49,228 nt of DNA. It comes from Candidatus Hydrogenedentota bacterium. Lineage in GTDB: Bacteria > Hydrogenedentota > Hydrogenedentia > Hydrogenedentales > CAITNO01. The notes beneath the pieces were generated by a model. The model saw only the letters and a program-made list of their open reading frames with translations. It made no database searches and was not told where the DNA came from. The translations under genes were made by a program, and so were the position numbers. Position 1 is the first letter of the stretch. The number at the start of each line of letters is the position of its first letter. The stretch covers positions 1 to 49,228 of the forward strand of contig JAGLCZ010000777.1 of assembly GCA_023145975.1 (NCBI GenBank). Reading direction: 5' to 3'. This document shows positions 36,006 to 46,344 of the stretch, piece after piece.

Positions 36006-36046
36006 CGGTTTTTATAAACGATGGAATCGCGCAGCACTACTATGTG

Positions 36047-38572
36047 ATGATATTCAGATTTTTTAGCATAAATAAGAAAAAATGGAAATGGATATTTTAT
36101 AGTTTCCTTTTTGTTTTTATTCCCATTATTCTCTGGTACCCTGCCGATAACCGCCTTATAGAAGCACCGGTCAAACTCAATACGCCCTCCGAACGAATAA
36201 TCGTTACTCCACAACAGCACGACAAAATAACATACTCCCTGCCTATAGGTAAACTACAAAAGCAGGAAGGACGCACCAGCACTTATACAGCAGAAACTGC
36301 GGAAATCCCCTCCCACAGCAAACCTCAATATTTGAAAAAATACCCCTGCATGTCGCTCCCTATCCCGGTATTACTCGAAGGTATTGTGAACGATTCAGAA
36401 GACATGGATATCTGGGGAATAGCAGCTCTTGCAACGCGACATGATGAAGCAGCCCCTCTGGTTGAAGCCATGCTGCGTAATGGATCGCCCTGGCAGCAAT
36501 ACAGTCTTGCACGAAAACTAAAGGACGTCGCAGGTGAGCACTATAAGAAAAGTCTTGTAATGCTTGCAACGGCTTCCAACACACATCCACAAGCCCGAAT
36601 AGGCGCATTCTATGGAATCTCCAATATACCGTTGGAAAATCCTGTAATACAAACATTGCTGCATACAGCCCGAAATACTACCTCGCCACTAATCCGACGT
36701 ACAGCACTTATAGCACTATCCGGTTCCAGATTATCAGGACAAATCAATGAAGTAAAATCATTGTTCCATGACCCGGATCCCCTTACCCGCCTATATGCTG
36801 CACGACTGCTTCTTGAAGAAGGAGAAGAAATTCCTACAGATACCTGTATCGATCTAAGCTCCCATGATGATTATCTCGTGCGTGAAGAAGCGTACTCCCT
36901 TCTGGGATATTATGACGACAAAATAATTTCAGACTTTTTAAAAAATGCGGGGAATAAGGAAACAAACCATTCTGCCGCCCGTTCGATAAGAATTGCACTT
37001 TGGATGCAGCGGCTCCGATCTCATCCAGATCAAACCATCCTTTCCCTGTTGGATATGGAAGACAATCGAGAATGTTGGCAGTGCATACAATATGCAATGC
37101 ATCACAATAAAACCTTGGGGATAAAGGCACTGACTGTCGTAGCAGAATCCAACTCCCCACTTAGCGAAACAAGCCTGGCACAACTGATAACCATGCAGGG
37201 AACAGACCCGACAGAGCAATACGAAAAGCATTCCAGTAACACAGAAAACACCTATGACACCCCACGGATAAGTGAAAAACACTTTACAATCATTCATGCA
37301 AGTATGGCGCAATACAATGTGAAATTGCATAACACCCAGGAGTCCCTCCCAAAAATAAACGACCTTGCCGAATCACCATTCGTACAAGCAACCATTCTTG
37401 AAGACACTGGCACCAAACCCGTTACTCATGCACACAATCCACTCACAGGCCGCGGCTTCATACGCAAAAAGGGCTTCGGCGGTTCAGCACGACTTTATGC
37501 CCTGGAACTACTGGAAGAGCTTGACACTTTCTATGCAGCCACAACTCTTTCATACACAGAATTATACGATGCATGGTATTTGGCAGGCAGAATTTTTCAT
37601 TTGTTACAAGATATGACCAGCCCATTACATATATTCAGTGAGTGGCATATACTAAATGCTTGTCATTTTGAACTTTACTGGTATCCTTTGAGTGAAGAAG
37701 TATTCCGACTGGTAGACCTCTGGGATATACAACCGACCAATCCCCCCCATCTCCCCGCCGCAGCAACTGCACTACTCGACACCCACACCCGCAGTACACT
37801 GGAACAACGTATTGAAAATCTACCGAACACACTTATATCCCACATGGATGCACAATCCTGGAGTACCTATTATCGCGCCTCCTTCTGGGGAGAACTCCGC
37901 TATGACGAAGAAGCCGTGGTACAACAAAGCTCAGCAACGACTTTTGATGATGGTGAAATAAAAGCACATCCCAATATACTAGGCTTGATATTTGACGGTA
38001 ACATACGTTATCACCCTTCCTGGTGGGGAGACTACTTTGAGATAACCGACCGCCTGGGCAACACCTTTTCATGGAATCGTATGCGCGTACTGAACGCGTG
38101 GCGCCCCTGCCCGAACCCATTCAGACAACACCTTAGCGACGGTCACATATCCTTACCTGTAACATTGGATAACGAGAAAAAAACGATCCGTATAACCGGT
38201 CGTTTTTTCTTTACACATAAGGGAACAAACACTCCCTACTGCTATCCATTCACCTATCCCGACGGCACCATCATGAGCGAACATTTAGTGCAATACTACG
38301 GGACATACCTCTTCCCTGTTATGGTCGCCTACAATGGCGGCTGGCTCGCGTCTTTAGCAAAACACTACCCTGATTTATTTCAATCAGAAACGGCAGCACA
38401 CGCAAAAGATAATGAAACAGAAGAGAAACAGGGAGTATTAGAGACTATAATTCATATACTACAGAAAATACTGTACGGCAATATCATGTCATTGGAAGAA
38501 GAATCACACGCTGAAAGTACATTTAAAGAATACTTGCGACTGCATCCCCCCTGCTGTGGCTGTACGCCCTAA
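36047..38572 (+). CDS. Membrane-anchored HEAT-repeat protein with C-terminal zinc phospholipase C / S1-P1 nuclease-like motif (hypothetical)
   Basis: An N-terminal TM is present (WIFYSFLFVFIPIILW). HEAT-like repeats include SPLIRRTALIALSG, DPDPLTRLYAARLLLEEGEE and HDDYLVREEAYSLLGYY. The motif FHLLQDMTSPLH follows the H-x3-D-x3-P-x-H pattern of zinc PLC. The C-terminus is ...LHPPCCGCTP. The start is the ATG at 36047, or the GTG at 36044. Confidence 0.6.
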   Translation: MIFRFFSINKKKWKWIFYSFLFVFIPIILWYPADNRLIEAPVKLNTPSERIIVTPQQHDKITYSLPIGKLQKQEGRTSTYTAETAEIPSHSKPQYLKKYPCMSLPIPVLLEGIVNDSEDMDIWGIAALATRHDEAAPLVEAMLRNGSPWQQYSLARKLKDVAGEHYKKSLVMLATASNTHPQARIGAFYGISNIPLENPVIQTLLHTARNTTSPLIRRTALIALSGSRLSGQINEVKSLFHDPDPLTRLYAARLLLEEGEEIPTDTCIDLSSHDDYLVREEAYSLLGYYDDKIISDFLKNAGNKETNHSAARSIRIALWMQRLRSHPDQTILSLLDMEDNRECWQCIQYAMHHNKTLGIKALTVVAESNSPLSETSLAQLITMQGTDPTEQYEKHSSNTENTYDTPRISEKHFTIIHASMAQYNVKLHNTQESLPKINDLAESPFVQATILEDTGTKPVTHAHNPLTGRGFIRKKGFGGSARLYALELLEELDTFYAATTLSYTELYDAWYLAGRIFHLLQDMTSPLHIFSEWHILNACHFELYWYPLSEEVFRLVDLWDIQPTNPPHLPAAATALLDTHTRSTLEQRIENLPNTLISHMDAQSWSTYYRASFWGELRYDEEAVVQQSSATTFDDGEIKAHPNILGLIFDGNIRYHPSWWGDYFEITDRLGNTFSWNRMRVLNAWRPCPNPFRQHLSDGHISLPVTLDNEKKTIRITGRFFFTHKGTNTPYCYPFTYPDGTIMSEHLVQYYGTYLFPVMVAYNGGWLASLAKHYPDLFQSETAAHAKDNETEEKQGVLETIIHILQKILYGNIMSLEEESHAESTFKEYLRLHPPCCGCTP

Positions 38573-38599
38573 CGCTATAGAAAAGGTGAGTGCAAAACG

Positions 38600-40159
38600 T
38601 TATAATTGCACGCTGTTGATAACTGCCTGAATGTCTGTGGCCGAAAGACCACGCCCATCTACATCAGCATCATAGGCAATGGTTCTTCCTAAAACAGCAT
38701 CCACTGCCAGTTGAATATCGACACTATTTCGTAGACCATCAACGTTAATATCTCCATCCGACATTCCCACATCAACACGCGCTGCAGGTCCGGAATTAAC
38801 AACTATATTATCCATGTAATAACTAATATAGCTTTCGGCATGAAAAGAAATATCGTATGTTCCTGCCAATACCAGCTTATGATAATTCCCAAAATCGGCA
38901 TCAGAAAAAACAGGCTGTGGATTGCCTGCCAACAACACCTTGCTCCAAACGGGCACATCAGTATTGCGATCACGCGTTAGCCCACGTACACCGATGTGAG
39001 CCGTTTCTGCATACGCATACATGGCATCCCGGTTCTCTGCCCAATATTGCGGCAGCAATGTCGGACTCGGCTTCTTGATGTACGATAATTCTATCGTTAC
39101 TTCCGGACATCCCATAAATCGATAATTCCAGTCCATCATCCCGCCGGTTATACTATACCAATACGAACCATTGACAATACCTTGCGGATAGTTTCCTCCA
39201 GTATACATAGGCGTGTTGAGAGTGGAATACTGCAGGGAAATATATTGAAACATGGCATCATCCGGCGTAGGCGCCTCAGTACCACTTGAAATCCCCGGGA
39301 TATTATCAAAGGGGTAATTAACAATCAAAGCACCTGTATGATAATTGAGGGAGAGGGCACAATGATTTTCAGCACTCCATCGCATAATATGGGCAATTTC
39401 CGGTTCGCGATTTCCCTCGCCAAGAGGCTCCCCGTCAAACCAGGTAGTGGAAAAATCTGACGGATATGCAGGAAATGAACGGTTTAAATCAATATTATGA
39501 GCATTACGCCGCATACTTATCACGAATCCATCCGGATTCATTATGGGAACAAGCCATATAACTGTTCTGTCCAAAAAATCCGTAATATAGCTATCTGTAC
39601 CATAACCGGTCAACAATTCATCAGCGAAATAAAGGCAAAGTTCCGTACCAACAGGTTCATCACCGTGCATAGTAGATATGTATTTTACGGCAGGTTTGTC
39701 GGCAGGTACACCCGGATTTGATGTTATCTTAATCGCCCATATATCAATTCCATTCACAGATTTCCCCAACGTCGACATCCGGCATAATCCTGGATAATCC
39801 TGCTGATATGCCGCAAAAAGAGTCTCAATATCCCCGGGCGTTCTGTAAGCATCTGCCTTGTCAACCTGATCCGAACAAGGCTGTACCTCCACCAGAAGCA
39901 CAGGATAACCAAGGGAAGCTATCTCCCCGTATTCAAACTCATCGAGGTACAGAGTCGCTGTCAGTTCATAAACACTGCCCACATTAAACCCTGCATCCAA
40001 CAATGTAATAAGTGCCAACTGATCCGGCGCTGTAACCTCCACGACATAAATAGGAGGTATCTCTAATGCAGAAAGAACACCGTCTTCCGCTGTCAACTCA
40101 GCTGCGAGAAAAGACAGCGACACGATCATACAAAGACCTATTTTTAAGCAAATGCTCAT
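38600..40159 (-). CDS. Secreted M14 zinc carboxypeptidase with C-terminal dockerin-like domain
   Basis: A signal peptide is present. The zinc motif is STMHGDEPVGTE (HxxE). The C-terminal duplicated Ca-binding repeats are DINVDGLRNSVDIQLAVDAVLG and DADVDGRGLSATDIQAVINSV. Confidence 0.85.
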   Translation of the reverse strand: MSICLKIGLCMIVSLSFLAAELTAEDGVLSALEIPPIYVVEVTAPDQLALITLLDAGFNVGSVYELTATLYLDEFEYGEIASLGYPVLLVEVQPCSDQVDKADAYRTPGDIETLFAAYQQDYPGLCRMSTLGKSVNGIDIWAIKITSNPGVPADKPAVKYISTMHGDEPVGTELCLYFADELLTGYGTDSYITDFLDRTVIWLVPIMNPDGFVISMRRNAHNIDLNRSFPAYPSDFSTTWFDGEPLGEGNREPEIAHIMRWSAENHCALSLNYHTGALIVNYPFDNIPGISSGTEAPTPDDAMFQYISLQYSTLNTPMYTGGNYPQGIVNGSYWYSITGGMMDWNYRFMGCPEVTIELSYIKKPSPTLLPQYWAENRDAMYAYAETAHIGVRGLTRDRNTDVPVWSKVLLAGNPQPVFSDADFGNYHKLVLAGTYDISFHAESYISYYMDNIVVNSGPAARVDVGMSDGDINVDGLRNSVDIQLAVDAVLGRTIAYDADVDGRGLSATDIQAVINSVQL

Positions 40160-40217
40160 TAATGTGAATCCCTGAAACCAGCGGAATATCTATCCGTTAC
40201 TCCAAATTTCCAGTGTT

Positions 40218-40727
40218 TTATTTTTTGGTACGTTCGCCGCTACCGCCATCCCACACGCCGCCGGTGGAAAAGTTATAACGATATACCTCTTTCCCCTTGA
40301 TATCACCGGCAATAGACGCAGACTCTGCCGCCGCCGCCGCTTTTGTTCCTTTGGGAAGCCCCTTAAACAAACGATATTTATACTGTATAAGCCCGGAAAA
40401 TCCACGGCTGCGCGTTCCTCCGCCGGAAACAGACTGTACATCCAGCGGGTAATAGGTTTCATACACTTTCACCTGCTTATAATACTTTCCGCGTACGCCC
40501 TTTCCGTCAAACAAAATTTCGCCATGCCGCCCCAAAGAATTGAGCCGTTTAATTTCAACGGCTCCAACACTATCCATCTCCTCAAAAACCCGATCTGAAC
40601 CGGATACGTATCCTTCCGGACGTTCACCCAATCCAAAATCCGCCAATACTTTTTCCGTCACACTTCCCGAACCACTCTGACACGCTGTCAGTGTCAGACA
40701 TGCACAAACAAGTAACATCCATTTCAC
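40218..40727 (-). CDS. Hypothetical lipoprotein
   Basis: The lipobox signal is MKWMLLVCACLTLTAC. This is a 169-aa Gly/Lys-rich protein. Its stop lies 58 nt upstream of the M14 gene start on the same strand. Confidence 0.6.
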   Translation of the reverse strand: MKWMLLVCACLTLTACQSGSGSVTEKVLADFGLGERPEGYVSGSDRVFEEMDSVGAVEIKRLNSLGRHGEILFDGKGVRGKYYKQVKVYETYYPLDVQSVSGGGTRSRGFSGLIQYKYRLFKGLPKGTKAAAAAESASIAGDIKGKEVYRYNFSTGGVWDGGSGERTKK

Positions 40728-40921
40728 TTCTGGATCCTCCTGTAGTTTTTATTGGCTTTAACACCTGTAATCGATAATTAATCTATTTTAAGTATAACAT
40801 GAGCCTACTCACATTGTAGATAATTTCCCATGCCATCAAGCATATCCATAAGAAAGGGGATTCACTCTATCCTTAGAAAAACACTGGATATATTAAAACC
40901 CATCCCGTACTTTTAATTTTT

Positions 40922-41803
40922 CTATGACAACAAATTCTTTTTCAGAAAATCATAACTTAGTTGCGCACATTCAAAAATGTCACGGTCGGCATTATCCTGT
41001 TCATAAACCCACCACTCAACGCCCGCCTTTTTTCCTGCAGCAAATATCTCATCCCAGTTGAGTATACCCTGTCCCAACGGCATAAACTGTGCACCTCTCA
41101 GTATACGCTTCTTTGCCAAATCCTTGGCATGAATAACGGGGCAGCGATTCGTATACTTGAGCAAGGTGGCTGCCGGATCAGCGCCTCCTACATAAACCCA
41201 TGCAAGATCGAGTTCCGCACAAATATTTTTGGGATCGGTTGATTCATAAAGAATATCAAGTTTCGTTCGTGGATCCTCTGGAAAAGTTTTAAACTCTGAA
41301 TCATGATTATGATAGGACAAGCGCATTCCAACTTCACGCAGTTTTGCACCGACAGCATCCAAACGTGCTGCCCCCCGCTTCCATGCTTCCAGTGAATCAC
41401 GGCAATCCCCCATCATACCACCGGGTGCGACATCCATGGATCCCACTGTTTTCCAAAATTTGACCTGATTTTCAAAATCAGTCTCAAAGCCTTCCACCCC
41501 GCAATGAGCAGCAATTGCTTTCAGACCTGCTGTGTCAAGGGAAGCGCGTATCTCTTCCGCCGGCAGATCCGGCATACCACTCCACTGCACATATTCCCAG
41601 CCCATGTCACGTACTTTTTTCAGTGTACCCGCCAAATCGTCACGCGCCGGTTTTCGGAGCGAATACAACTGCAACGCAATCCCTTTCATAGACTCCCCTT
41701 TCTCTTCCGCTATTGCCATACCTGCACGGGCTGAAACTGCAAGCGCACCAAGAGCAAGAAGAGCATCCCTGCGTGATATATCAGATCCATAGTTTTTTGA
41801 CAT
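40922..41803 (-). CDS. Xylose isomerase-like TIM-barrel protein (sugar phosphate isomerase/epimerase) with Tat-type signal
   Basis: The N-terminus is SRRDALLALGALAVSARAGMA. The TIM-barrel family pattern is recognised from ...LSYHNHDSEF.... Confidence 0.75.
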   Translation of the reverse strand: MSKNYGSDISRRDALLALGALAVSARAGMAIAEEKGESMKGIALQLYSLRKPARDDLAGTLKKVRDMGWEYVQWSGMPDLPAEEIRASLDTAGLKAIAAHCGVEGFETDFENQVKFWKTVGSMDVAPGGMMGDCRDSLEAWKRGAARLDAVGAKLREVGMRLSYHNHDSEFKTFPEDPRTKLDILYESTDPKNICAELDLAWVYVGGADPAATLLKYTNRCPVIHAKDLAKKRILRGAQFMPLGQGILNWDEIFAAGKKAGVEWWVYEQDNADRDIFECAQLSYDFLKKNLLS

Positions 41804-42012
41804 GGTGGAATTCCTTTCTGATTATTCTGTATCTTTTATCAAAAACAACTCACCAAGTATAGTCTTTTTATTTCAACTACAGCAAGTCAGGGATCTGTTT
41901 TTCGTAGTGACTGTTTTCAAGCCCCTTCATCTACTGCGCGGCAAAACAAGATACCCCTTCCATATCCGCAATAATAAACACTGACAACAGCTATGCCAAC
42001 ACACGAATAAGG

Positions 42013-43479
42013 TTATGATTTATTTTGAGGCAGTGCAGCACAATCAAGGTTTCTTGCCGCCTGTGCTTCATTTAATCTGCCTACGGGCAGAGAAACAGGA
42101 GCATGATGCAGCGATTCCGGATCCTCGATTGCAGAACGTGCTATCTCCAGCATTGCATCACAAAAGTCGTCCAGTGTCTCTTGCGACTCCGTTTCAGTAG
42201 GCTCAATCATAAGCCCTTCCTTGACGGTAAGCGGAAAATATACTGTAGGTGCATGAAAGCCGCGATCAAGAAGGGCTTTCGCAACATCCAGCGCACGGAT
42301 ACCATGGTCGGCAGTCATATCGGCTGCAGTCAGCAAACACTCATGCATACACAATCCATCAAAAGCGGGACGCCAATGTTCCTTCAACCGCGCAAGCACA
42401 TAGTTCGCGTTAAGAACTGCATTCTCGCTGATCTTTTTAAGCCCCTCTCCGCCAACAGCCAGAATATATACATATGCCCGCAACGCTACCAGGAAATTGC
42501 CAAAAAAAGGAGCCATTCTGCCAATGGAAGAATCACCAAAATGCAAATCATAGATTCCATCATTCTTTACCACTCTTGGATTGGGCAGGAAAGGAGCAAG
42601 CCGTTCGCCCACAGCAATAGCCCCTGAACCAGGGCCTCCCATTCCGTGCGGCGTTCCAAAAGTTTTATGCAAATTGTAGTGCATTACATCAAAACCCAGG
42701 TCACCTGGACGGCACTTGCCAAGAATAGCATTCAAATTGGCACCATCGTAATACATAAGCGCACCGTGTTCATGTGCCAATGCCGCAATTTCTGCTACAT
42801 GCGGTTCAAATAATCCATGGGTATTCGGGCAGGTAAGCATGACACCTGCCACATGCTCGCCCATGAGTGCGGCATACGCATCATAATCCACACTACCCTG
42901 CGCGTTGGACGGCAAAGTCACTGTTTTGAATCCTGCCATAGCGGCACTTGCCGGATTGGTGCCATGAGCAGAATCAGGTATTAGAATGGTATCGCGTTTC
43001 ATATCGTTTTTAGAACGGTGATAAGCGGCAATCAACAATACCCCTGTAAGTTCGCCATGAGCACCTGCCATCGGTTGTAAGCACCCTGCAGCCATACCCG
43101 CAATTTCCGCCAGAAGCCTCTCCAATTCATACACCACTTCCAGTGCACCCTGGCAAGTTTCGCGATAGGCCGGCACAAGGGTCAGACCAGGATGCAAGGA
43201 CGCAAATCCCGGTAATGATGCCACACTCTCAGAAATTTTCGGGTTATATTTCATGGTGCAGGAACCCAATGGATAAAAATGGGAATCCACTCCGAAATTG
43301 CGACGGGACAAACGTGTAAAATGACGAACGACATCCATCTCACTAAGTTCGGTCAATGCCAGTGGGGTATCCCGTTGAAATACTTCGGGTAATGAAACAT
43401 CCGGCACATCCAGAGGTTCCGGCATCACAGCACAACGCCCTGGTGCTCCTGTTTCAAAAATAGTCTTTATTTTATTCAT
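42013..43479 (-). CDS. gcvPB: Glycine dehydrogenase (decarboxylating) subunit 2
   Basis: The product begins MNKIKTIFETGAPGR... The PLP-lysine context is HYNLHKTFGTPHGMGGPG. The ATG at 43479 overlaps the gcvPA stop by 8 nt. The ORF-track start at 43560 is an out-of-family extension. Confidence 0.92.
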   Translation of the reverse strand: MNKIKTIFETGAPGRCAVMPEPLDVPDVSLPEVFQRDTPLALTELSEMDVVRHFTRLSRRNFGVDSHFYPLGSCTMKYNPKISESVASLPGFASLHPGLTLVPAYRETCQGALEVVYELERLLAEIAGMAAGCLQPMAGAHGELTGVLLIAAYHRSKNDMKRDTILIPDSAHGTNPASAAMAGFKTVTLPSNAQGSVDYDAYAALMGEHVAGVMLTCPNTHGLFEPHVAEIAALAHEHGALMYYDGANLNAILGKCRPGDLGFDVMHYNLHKTFGTPHGMGGPGSGAIAVGERLAPFLPNPRVVKNDGIYDLHFGDSSIGRMAPFFGNFLVALRAYVYILAVGGEGLKKISENAVLNANYVLARLKEHWRPAFDGLCMHECLLTAADMTADHGIRALDVAKALLDRGFHAPTVYFPLTVKEGLMIEPTETESQETLDDFCDAMLEIARSAIEDPESLHHAPVSLPVGRLNEAQAARNLDCAALPQNKS

Positions 43480-44764
43480 GACACGCCTCCTGCAATACCG
43501 CCGCAAAGGAATCCAGTTCATCCCGCGTTCGTTTTTCAGTAACAGCCACCAACAAGTCATTCGGTTTGCCGCACCCTAACGTATGCAGGGGAATCCCTGC
43601 CAGGAAACCTTTCTCCAATAATGCAGCAGCCACCACTTCTGCATTTTTGGGCAAACGCACTGCAAATTCATTAAAAACAGGTCCATCATTCAACACCTGG
43701 ACAAAGTCTAATTTTGACATCAAATAGGCTGTCTTGGCATGACAGGCGTATGCCGTTTCCCGCAACCCTTCCTTACCAAGCAGACACAAATGAATCAATG
43801 CGCGCAATGCGCATAACGCCTGATTAGAGCATATATTCGACAACGCCTTTTCTCTTCGGATATGCTGCTCACGCGCCTGCAATGTCAACACATATCCCGG
43901 GCGCCCCTTATCATCAGCAGCTGCTCCGACTATACGTCCGGGCATCTTACGGATATATTTCTTTTTCGTCGCCAGAATACCAAGGTAGGGTCCCCCGAAA
44001 CCCAGGGGCAATCCCAAACTCTGTCCCTCTGCCACAGTGATATCCGCTCCCATGGAACCAGGTGTTCTGACAATTCCAAGGGAAACAGGGTTCACCGCCA
44101 TAACAAGAAGTGCGCCAAGCTCATGGCACTGCTGCGCCAAATCAGCATAATCCTGCAAGGTCCCCAGAAAGGCAGGATTCTGTACAATAACGCACGCCGT
44201 CTCTTCTGAAATGGGCTCGCTGCCCGTCTCTATTTTCAGAACGGAACCTGCTGCATGGGTTTCCAGCATTTGTTTCCAGAGTGGATGCACGGAATCGTGA
44301 ACGATAACGCGCTGCCGTTTTGTAATACGCGCTGCCATGACAGCAGCTTCAAAGATTGCTGTACCGCCATCGTAAAGGGAAGCATTTGCACACTCCATAT
44401 CCATCAATCTGCAAATAAGGGATTGGTATTCGTAAATAGCCTGCAATGTCCCCTGAGAACATTCCGGCTGATACGGGGTGTATGCCGTATAAAACTCACT
44501 GCGTCCGGCTAATGCATCCACTGCAGCGGGAATATAGTGATCATAGTATCCACCGCCCATGAAGCACACCTGCTCAGCATTATTACGCTGTGACAACGCC
44601 TTAAATTCACGAAGCAGAGCTGATTCGTTTTTACCTTCAGGCATATCCCAGGAATCCAAACGTAAGGATTCGGGAATGGCAGCAAAAAGCTCTTCCATAG
44701 CTTCTACACCGACAGTCTTAAAAATATCCCGTTTTTCAACTTCTGTGATTGTCGTCCAATCCAT
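43472..44764 (-). CDS. gcvPA: Glycine dehydrogenase (decarboxylating) subunit 1
   Basis: Motifs are FMGGGYYDHYIPAAVD and YTPYQPECSQGTLQAIYEYQ. The gene sits between gcvH and gcvPB. Confidence 0.92.
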   Translation of the reverse strand: MDWTTITEVEKRDIFKTVGVEAMEELFAAIPESLRLDSWDMPEGKNESALLREFKALSQRNNAEQVCFMGGGYYDHYIPAAVDALAGRSEFYTAYTPYQPECSQGTLQAIYEYQSLICRLMDMECANASLYDGGTAIFEAAVMAARITKRQRVIVHDSVHPLWKQMLETHAAGSVLKIETGSEPISEETACVIVQNPAFLGTLQDYADLAQQCHELGALLVMAVNPVSLGIVRTPGSMGADITVAEGQSLGLPLGFGGPYLGILATKKKYIRKMPGRIVGAAADDKGRPGYVLTLQAREQHIRREKALSNICSNQALCALRALIHLCLLGKEGLRETAYACHAKTAYLMSKLDFVQVLNDGPVFNEFAVRLPKNAEVVAAALLEKGFLAGIPLHTLGCGKPNDLLVAVTEKRTRDELDSFAAVLQEACHE

Positions 44765-44834
44765 CTTGAATACTCCTCAAGATTCCGAAAAGAAAATTCC
44801 TGCATCAAAGCAGTATCTCACCACAATACAATCA

Positions 44835-45215
44835 CTAAACAGTCTTAAGATATCCGCGATAAGAACGGGCATCCATAAGATCTGCATACTCTTCCTCGTT
44901 GACATCTTTCATTTTGACGATCCATCCTTTTCCGTAACAATCACGGTTTATGAGATCGGGTTCCATTTCCAGTGTATCGTTCACTGCGAAAACCGTGCCG
45001 CAAATGGGTGCATAAATATCGTTCGCCGCCTTTACGGATTCAACGATGGCAATATCTTCGCTCCGCTCCAGGAACTTACCAACCTCAGGAAGCTCAACAA
45101 AAGTTATCTCGCCCAGTGCATCTACGGCATATTCGGTAATACCGATGATGTACGTACCATCTACGTTGATTATCCACTCGTGTTCTTCTGTATACTTCAG
45201 TGTATCCGGGTTCAT
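44835..45215 (-). CDS. gcvH: Glycine cleavage system H protein
   Basis: Motifs are YTEEHEWI and VESVKAANDIYAP, which contains the lipoyl-lysine. Confidence 0.92.
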   Translation of the reverse strand: MNPDTLKYTEEHEWIINVDGTYIIGITEYAVDALGEITFVELPEVGKFLERSEDIAIVESVKAANDIYAPICGTVFAVNDTLEMEPDLINRDCYGKGWIVKMKDVNEEEYADLMDARSYRGYLKTV

Positions 45216-45234
45216 ACTTTATTCTCCAACTAAT

Positions 45235-46302
45235 TTATACAACAGGTTTCCGACCGCTCCCAAGCTTATAAAGGGGCGGTGCTTCAACAATAACATTATG
45301 TTTACGAGGTCCGGCCTGCAGCACGGTACCTTCCTGCGCCAGTTCAAGAGGCACATAGCCCAATCCTATACCACATCCAACACTCGGACCATATGTACCA
45401 CTGGTAACATTTCCTATCTTCCTGCCCTCGTGCAGCAGCTCATATCCGCTTCGCGGCGCACGCCGGTTTGGACTGCGCAAGGATACAAGTACTTGGTAAT
45501 TCCCTGCTTCACGCTGCGCTTCCAACCTTTCTTTTCCTGGAAAATTACTTTTCCAGGCAATAAAACGGTTCATTGCTGCTTCCAACGGGGTGGTGGCAGT
45601 TGTAATATCATCACCATTCAACGGATATCCCATCTCGCTGCGCAGTGTGTCGCGTGCACCGAGACCACAAGGCACCACATCCGGGTAATCCGCAAAAGCA
45701 CGCCAAAGCGCAGGTGCGTCGGCAGCAGGAATATACAGTTCATATCCCAACTCACCGGTGTAACCGGCACGAGCGATGACAATACCATCATTCATTCGCA
45801 TAGTGCCCCAAAACTTCAGCACTTGCACATCTCCAAATCCCACAGAACGCAATACTTCCAACGCCCGGGGACCTTGAATATCTATCTTCGCGGTTTCTTC
45901 GGAAACATTTTCAATTCCGGGAATATTTTCCGCAAGCAAAGCCGCCACCTCTTCCAGGGGACCTGCATTAGTTACCAGCAACACCTCGTCTTCTGCCAGT
46001 TTCAATGCCACACAATCGTCAATAACTCCGGCATCCTGGCGTAACAATGCTGTGTAACGGCAACGACCGACGGGTACGGAAACAATGTCACCAATAACTA
46101 AATCACTCAATGCGGCAATACCTGCTGCACCCCGAATTACAAACTCACCCATATGTGAACAATCAAACATACCCGCCTTCGAGCGGACATGGAGGTGCTC
46201 TTCAATAATTCCAGAGAAATGGACGGGAAGTCCCCACCCGTGAAAATCAACGACCCGTCCCCCATGACGGGCATATTCAGCAGATAGCGGTGTATTTTGC
46301 AT
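45235..46302 (-). CDS. gcvT: Aminomethyltransferase (glycine cleavage T protein)
   Basis: The N-terminus is MQNTPLSAEYARHGGRVVDFHGWGLPVHF. Other motifs are MFDCSHMGEF and GYTGELGYELY. The start is the ATG at 46302, with a gagagg SD. The ORF-track start at 46341 adds 13 residues. Confidence 0.92.
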   Translation of the reverse strand: MQNTPLSAEYARHGGRVVDFHGWGLPVHFSGIIEEHLHVRSKAGMFDCSHMGEFVIRGAAGIAALSDLVIGDIVSVPVGRCRYTALLRQDAGVIDDCVALKLAEDEVLLVTNAGPLEEVAALLAENIPGIENVSEETAKIDIQGPRALEVLRSVGFGDVQVLKFWGTMRMNDGIVIARAGYTGELGYELYIPAADAPALWRAFADYPDVVPCGLGARDTLRSEMGYPLNGDDITTATTPLEAAMNRFIAWKSNFPGKERLEAQREAGNYQVLVSLRSPNRRAPRSGYELLHEGRKIGNVTSGTYGPSVGCGIGLGYVPLELAQEGTVLQAGPRKHNVIVEAPPLYKLGSGRKPVV

Positions 46303-46344
46303 CGTTTGCCTCTCAGAGTTTGCTCGCGCGGAATTTATCAATAA

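Noticed and set aside
45046-46044. 332-aa ORF on the plus strand spanning the gcvH/gcvT region
   Set aside because: It is antisense to two genes with unambiguous glycine-cleavage homology. The translation is Ser/Thr/Arg/Ile-rich low-complexity sequence with no motif, which is typical of a shadow ORF opposite a real CDS.
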